Assembly: GCA_046758965.1 (NCBI GenBank)
Contig: JBHIBG010000094.1
Span: 1 to 10,198 of the forward strand
Direction of reading: 5' to 3'
DNA: 10,198 bases
Origin: Candidatus Methylomirabilia bacterium
Lineage (GTDB): Bacteria > Methylomirabilota > Methylomirabilia > Rokubacteriales > CSP1-6
Position numbers and translations under genes: made by a program. Shown here one piece after another: positions 7,523 to 10,198 of this stretch (the stretch's first letter is position 1; each line of letters starts with the position of its first letter). Below the pieces are notes generated by a model, which had not been told where the DNA came from, searched no databases, and worked only from the letters and a program-made list of their open reading frames with translations.

Positions 7523-7650
7523 GCACGGCTCGACACTTCTGGTGCACGGAGGCTACGAAAGTGAAGTATCCTCTGGATTGTGAAGCGTTGCGGCCACCCG
7601 CAAGCTATTGAGGACTGCCAAACAAACGTCCTACGGACATCGATGGATAT

Positions 7651-7705
7651 CCCCCTCACCCTGCCCTCTCCCCCTCGAAGGGGGAGAGGATTAAAGGTGA
7701 GGGGG
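7651..7705. repeat. REP-like nested palindromic element (CCCCTCACCC...CCTCTCCC-n-GGGAGAGG type)
   Basis: Outer perfect 10-bp inverted repeat CCCCCTCACC (7651-7660) / GGTGAGGGGG (7696-7705). Inner perfect 11-bp inverted repeat CCTCTCCCCCT (7665-7675) / AGGGGGAGAGG (7679-7689). Resembles a dispersed intergenic repeat type of high-GC bacteria; only one copy in this window. Confidence 0.7.
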
Positions 7706-7859
7706 TCGAAGGGGAGGCCGCGATGACTCCCGCTTCGATGCCCTCGCTTACCATGTGGATGGCAGCCCGGCAGCGATCTTCCCTCGCGGTCGGTCGTTTG
7801 CTCGGCCGAGTGACTGCCTGCTGCTGACCTCTTGTGAGCAAAGGCGAGGAGGAGATCTC

Positions 7860-9581
7860 ATGAACCGGATCGAACACGGCCGCTCGCTCCTGCGCCGGTG
7901 GGAAGAGGCTAAGCCGGCCAATTTTTTCGATGGCGACGACTACCTACGCCGCGCGCTCGCCTTCCGAATGGGCCCCGCGCGCCTCGCCGACGCGGAACCG
8001 GCGCTGCGCCAGGCCGGGGCGGACTCCGCGGGTCCGGTCAACCGCGCCTGCGCGCTCATGGACCGGCCTGAGCATCTGCCGCGCCTCGAGCGCTGGAACG
8101 GCATCGGAGAGCGCATCGAGAAGGTTGTCTTCCACCCCGCCTACCACGACGTCGGCCGCCTGGTGTGGCGGTCGGGGGTCCTCTCGGTACTCGGCGAGCC
8201 GGGGAACGTGACCCTCCACGCCGCGCTCGGGTATCTTTGGGCGCAGAACGGCGAGGGCTCGCACCTCTGCCCGCTGGCCTGCACCGCGGGGCTCATCAAG
8301 GCCATCCAGCGCTGCGGGAGCGACCGGATGCGGCGGGAGTGGCTGCCCCGCCTTCTCGACCGGGACTACGACCGGCGCTGGCACGGCGCTCAGTTCCTCA
8401 CCGAGGTCCAGGGCGGGTCCGACGTCGGCGCTAACGCTTGCATCGCCCGGCCGGTCCCCGGGGAGGCGGGCGCCTGGCGGATCAGCGGCGAGAAGTGGTT
8501 CTGCTCCAACGTCTCGGCCGACCTCTACGCCGTGACCGCGCGCCCCGAGGGTGGGCCCGAGGGGACGGCCGGGCTCGGCCTCTTCGCCATCCCGCGCTAC
8601 CTCGACGACGAGCGGCCCAACGGCGTCTCCATCCGCCGGCTCAAGGACAAGCTGGGGACGCGGCCGCTTCCGACCGCCGAGGTGGACTTCCAGGATGCCC
8701 TTGGCTACCAGCTCGGGAGCCTGGAGGAGGGGTTCAAGGTGATGATGGGCGTGGTCATCAACAGCTCGCGCCTCGCAGTCGCGCTGGCCTCGTGCGGGAT
8801 CATGCGGCGCGCCTGGGTGGAGGCGCTCCACTACGCGCGGGCGCGGGAGGCCTTCGGCCGGCGGCTCGTCGACTTCCCCGCGGTGCGCGAGCAGCTGGCC
8901 GAGATGCGCGCCCTGGGGAGCGCGGGCCTCTCCTTCACCCTGGCTCTCGCCGCGCTGGAGGACCGGTTGACCCTGTCCGGGGCGCATCCCGAGGACGACC
9001 CGCTCTTCCGCATCGGGGTAAACATCAACAAGTACATCTGCTCGGTGGATGGGGGCCTGGTCGTGCACCACGGCATCGAGATCCTGGGGGGCAACGGGAC
9101 CATCGAGGATTTCAGCGTGCTGCCCCGCCTCTACCGCCAGGTGCCGGTCCAGGAGAGCTGGGAGGGGCCGCACAACACGATGATGGCCCAGATTCTCCGC
9201 GACGCGCTCAAGTCCAAGATGCACGACGCCCTGCTTGGAAAGGCCGAGGACCTCCTGCTTGGCCTCAAGCACCCGGCCCTCGGTGAGATGCGGGACGGGG
9301 CGGGGGCCGCGTTACATGAGGCGCGCGGAAGGTTCAACCGTCTTCTCCGCGCGGAGCCCGAGGCCGCAGCCCTTGGCATCCGGGGCCTGGTCCACCGCGT
9401 GGCGCGGATCTTCCAGGTATCGCTTCTTCTTGAGGAGGCGGACCACGAGCTGGCAGCGAACCGGCCAACACCGCTGCCGGCGATGGCCCAGCTTTTCCTG
9501 AACCGCTACGTGGTGGCCGGGTACGACCCGATGGAGGATTCCGCGTACGGAGACCTGATCCGGCGAGTCGTGGAATCCTGA
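7860..9581 (+). CDS. Acyl-CoA dehydrogenase family flavoprotein, AidB-like subfamily, about 573 aa
   Basis: Motifs VVFHPAYH, HLCPLACT, GAQFLTEVQGGSDV, ISGEKWFCSN, IRRLKDKLGTRPLPTAEVDF, REAFGRRL, EILGGNG and LPRLYRQVPVQESWEGPHN. ATG at 7860 follows the SD GAGGAGGAG, so it is preferred over 7755. Confidence 0.92.
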   Translation: MNRIEHGRSLLRRWEEAKPANFFDGDDYLRRALAFRMGPARLADAEPALRQAGADSAGPVNRACALMDRPEHLPRLERWNGIGERIEKVVFHPAYHDVGRLVWRSGVLSVLGEPGNVTLHAALGYLWAQNGEGSHLCPLACTAGLIKAIQRCGSDRMRREWLPRLLDRDYDRRWHGAQFLTEVQGGSDVGANACIARPVPGEAGAWRISGEKWFCSNVSADLYAVTARPEGGPEGTAGLGLFAIPRYLDDERPNGVSIRRLKDKLGTRPLPTAEVDFQDALGYQLGSLEEGFKVMMGVVINSSRLAVALASCGIMRRAWVEALHYARAREAFGRRLVDFPAVREQLAEMRALGSAGLSFTLALAALEDRLTLSGAHPEDDPLFRIGVNINKYICSVDGGLVVHHGIEILGGNGTIEDFSVLPRLYRQVPVQESWEGPHNTMMAQILRDALKSKMHDALLGKAEDLLLGLKHPALGEMRDGAGAALHEARGRFNRLLRAEPEAAALGIRGLVHRVARIFQVSLLLEEADHELAANRPTPLPAMAQLFLNRYVVAGYDPMEDSAYGDLIRRVVES

Positions 9582-9582
9582 T

Positions 9583-10092
9583 CTATTCTGCGGTTGTACC
9601 GCAGTCGCGGTAGGGGAAGATACGACTCCGCTTCGCGCGCTCCTCGATGGTCTCCTTCAGCTCGCGGGTGTGCTCGCGCATGAAGCGGCCGAGGATGGGC
9701 TTCACGCGGAACCTCCCTACCAGCCAACCGAAGATCCACCCCTTCATGCCGAAGGTGCTCTCGTACCGGAAGGCGGTGCAGCCGCCCACGTCCTCCAGCA
9801 CAAAGCGGTCCCTGAGGAGGTCGAGGGGGCCCTCGACGCCCTGGAAGTCGATCGCCTCAGGGTCGTGGAGGGTCACCCACTCGACGGTCCGGTACACCTT
9901 CTTGCCGCCGGTGGAGGTGGGCATGGCCGTGTGGAACTCCACGAGCTTTCTGCCGCCCTCTTCGCGCAGCACCCGGGACGAGCCGCCGTCAGGTTGCGTC
10001 GCGCCGAAGGCGGTCAGCACCTGAAACGCTAGGCGGCGATCGGCGTGGATGTGAGTCTCCACCGGGTCCATCCGGATCGGGATCACCCACAT
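9583..10092 (-). CDS. Putative SRPBCC/START (polyketide cyclase-like) fold protein
   Basis: 169 aa with the expected layout: N-terminal strand ETHIHAD, helix LAFQVLT, several strands with VEGPL, and a long C-terminal helix after GWIFGWLVG. G-rich SD upstream. Fold assigned by pattern only. Confidence 0.65.
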   Translation of the reverse strand: MWVIPIRMDPVETHIHADRRLAFQVLTAFGATQPDGGSSRVLREEGGRKLVEFHTAMPTSTGGKKVYRTVEWVTLHDPEAIDFQGVEGPLDLLRDRFVLEDVGGCTAFRYESTFGMKGWIFGWLVGRFRVKPILGRFMREHTRELKETIEERAKRSRIFPYRDCGTTAE

Positions 10093-10138
10093 GCCGGTGC
10101 TCCCCCCCAGAACTTCTCGCTTATCCTTTCTGAGGGGC

Positions 10139-10198
10139 TCACTTGATCACCCTGTCCGCCTGGAAGAGGAGGGACGGGGGAATCGTGAGCCCGAGGGC
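10139..10198 (-). CDS. 3' end of a second ABC substrate-binding protein paralog (rest lies right of the window)
   Basis: Minus strand translates to ALGLTIPPSLLFQADRVIK*, versus ALGLTIPPSLLFQADNVIK* at the end of the SBP at 2987-4057. Absent from the ORF track because its start is outside the window. Confidence 0.85.
   Translation of the reverse strand, partial: ALGLTIPPSLLFQADRVIK

Noticed and set aside
7469..7565. Hammerhead-like words CTGATGA and CGAAA
   Set aside because: No stem II closes between them and the order of elements does not fit a hammerhead topology.
7944..9272. 442-aa minus-strand ORF and the 282-aa alternative-frame ORF at 8438-9286
   Set aside because: Both lie within the motif-rich acyl-CoA dehydrogenase and have artefact-like composition.
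1..10198. CRISPR array, tRNA, rRNA, integron attC sites, transposase or integrase
   Set aside because: No regularly spaced repeats, cloverleaf, attC structure or recombinase motifs were seen.

Overview
High-GC bacterial chromosomal window with ten coding regions, two of them cut by the window edges. Left to right: 3' part of a lower-GC hypothetical gene (+); stand-alone LigD 3'-phosphoesterase (PE) domain gene (+); nitrilase (-); PemK/MazF toxin and RHH-like antitoxin pair (-) with a probable promoter and palindromic operator; orphan ABC-type substrate-binding protein (SBP) (-); a 1130-aa zinc ribbon/class III cyclase/STAND ATPase/TPR protein (-) whose stop overlaps the SBP start; a divergent intergenic region with a sigma70-like promoter and a nested REP-like hairpin; AidB-like acyl-CoA dehydrogenase (+); SRPBCC-like protein (-); and the 3' end of a second SBP paralog (-) nearly identical to the first. 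The gene families resemble those expanded in Rokubacteria/Methylomirabilota-type genomes (inference only). No rRNA, tRNA, CRISPR array or transposase is visible. The best candidate for an undescribed system is the translationally coupled STAND-cyclase and SBP pair: the cyclase has non-canonical active-site residues, the SBP has a Cys-containing insertion, and the SBP paralogs share a near-identical 3' end. All family assignments come from recognising motifs by eye; no searches were run.
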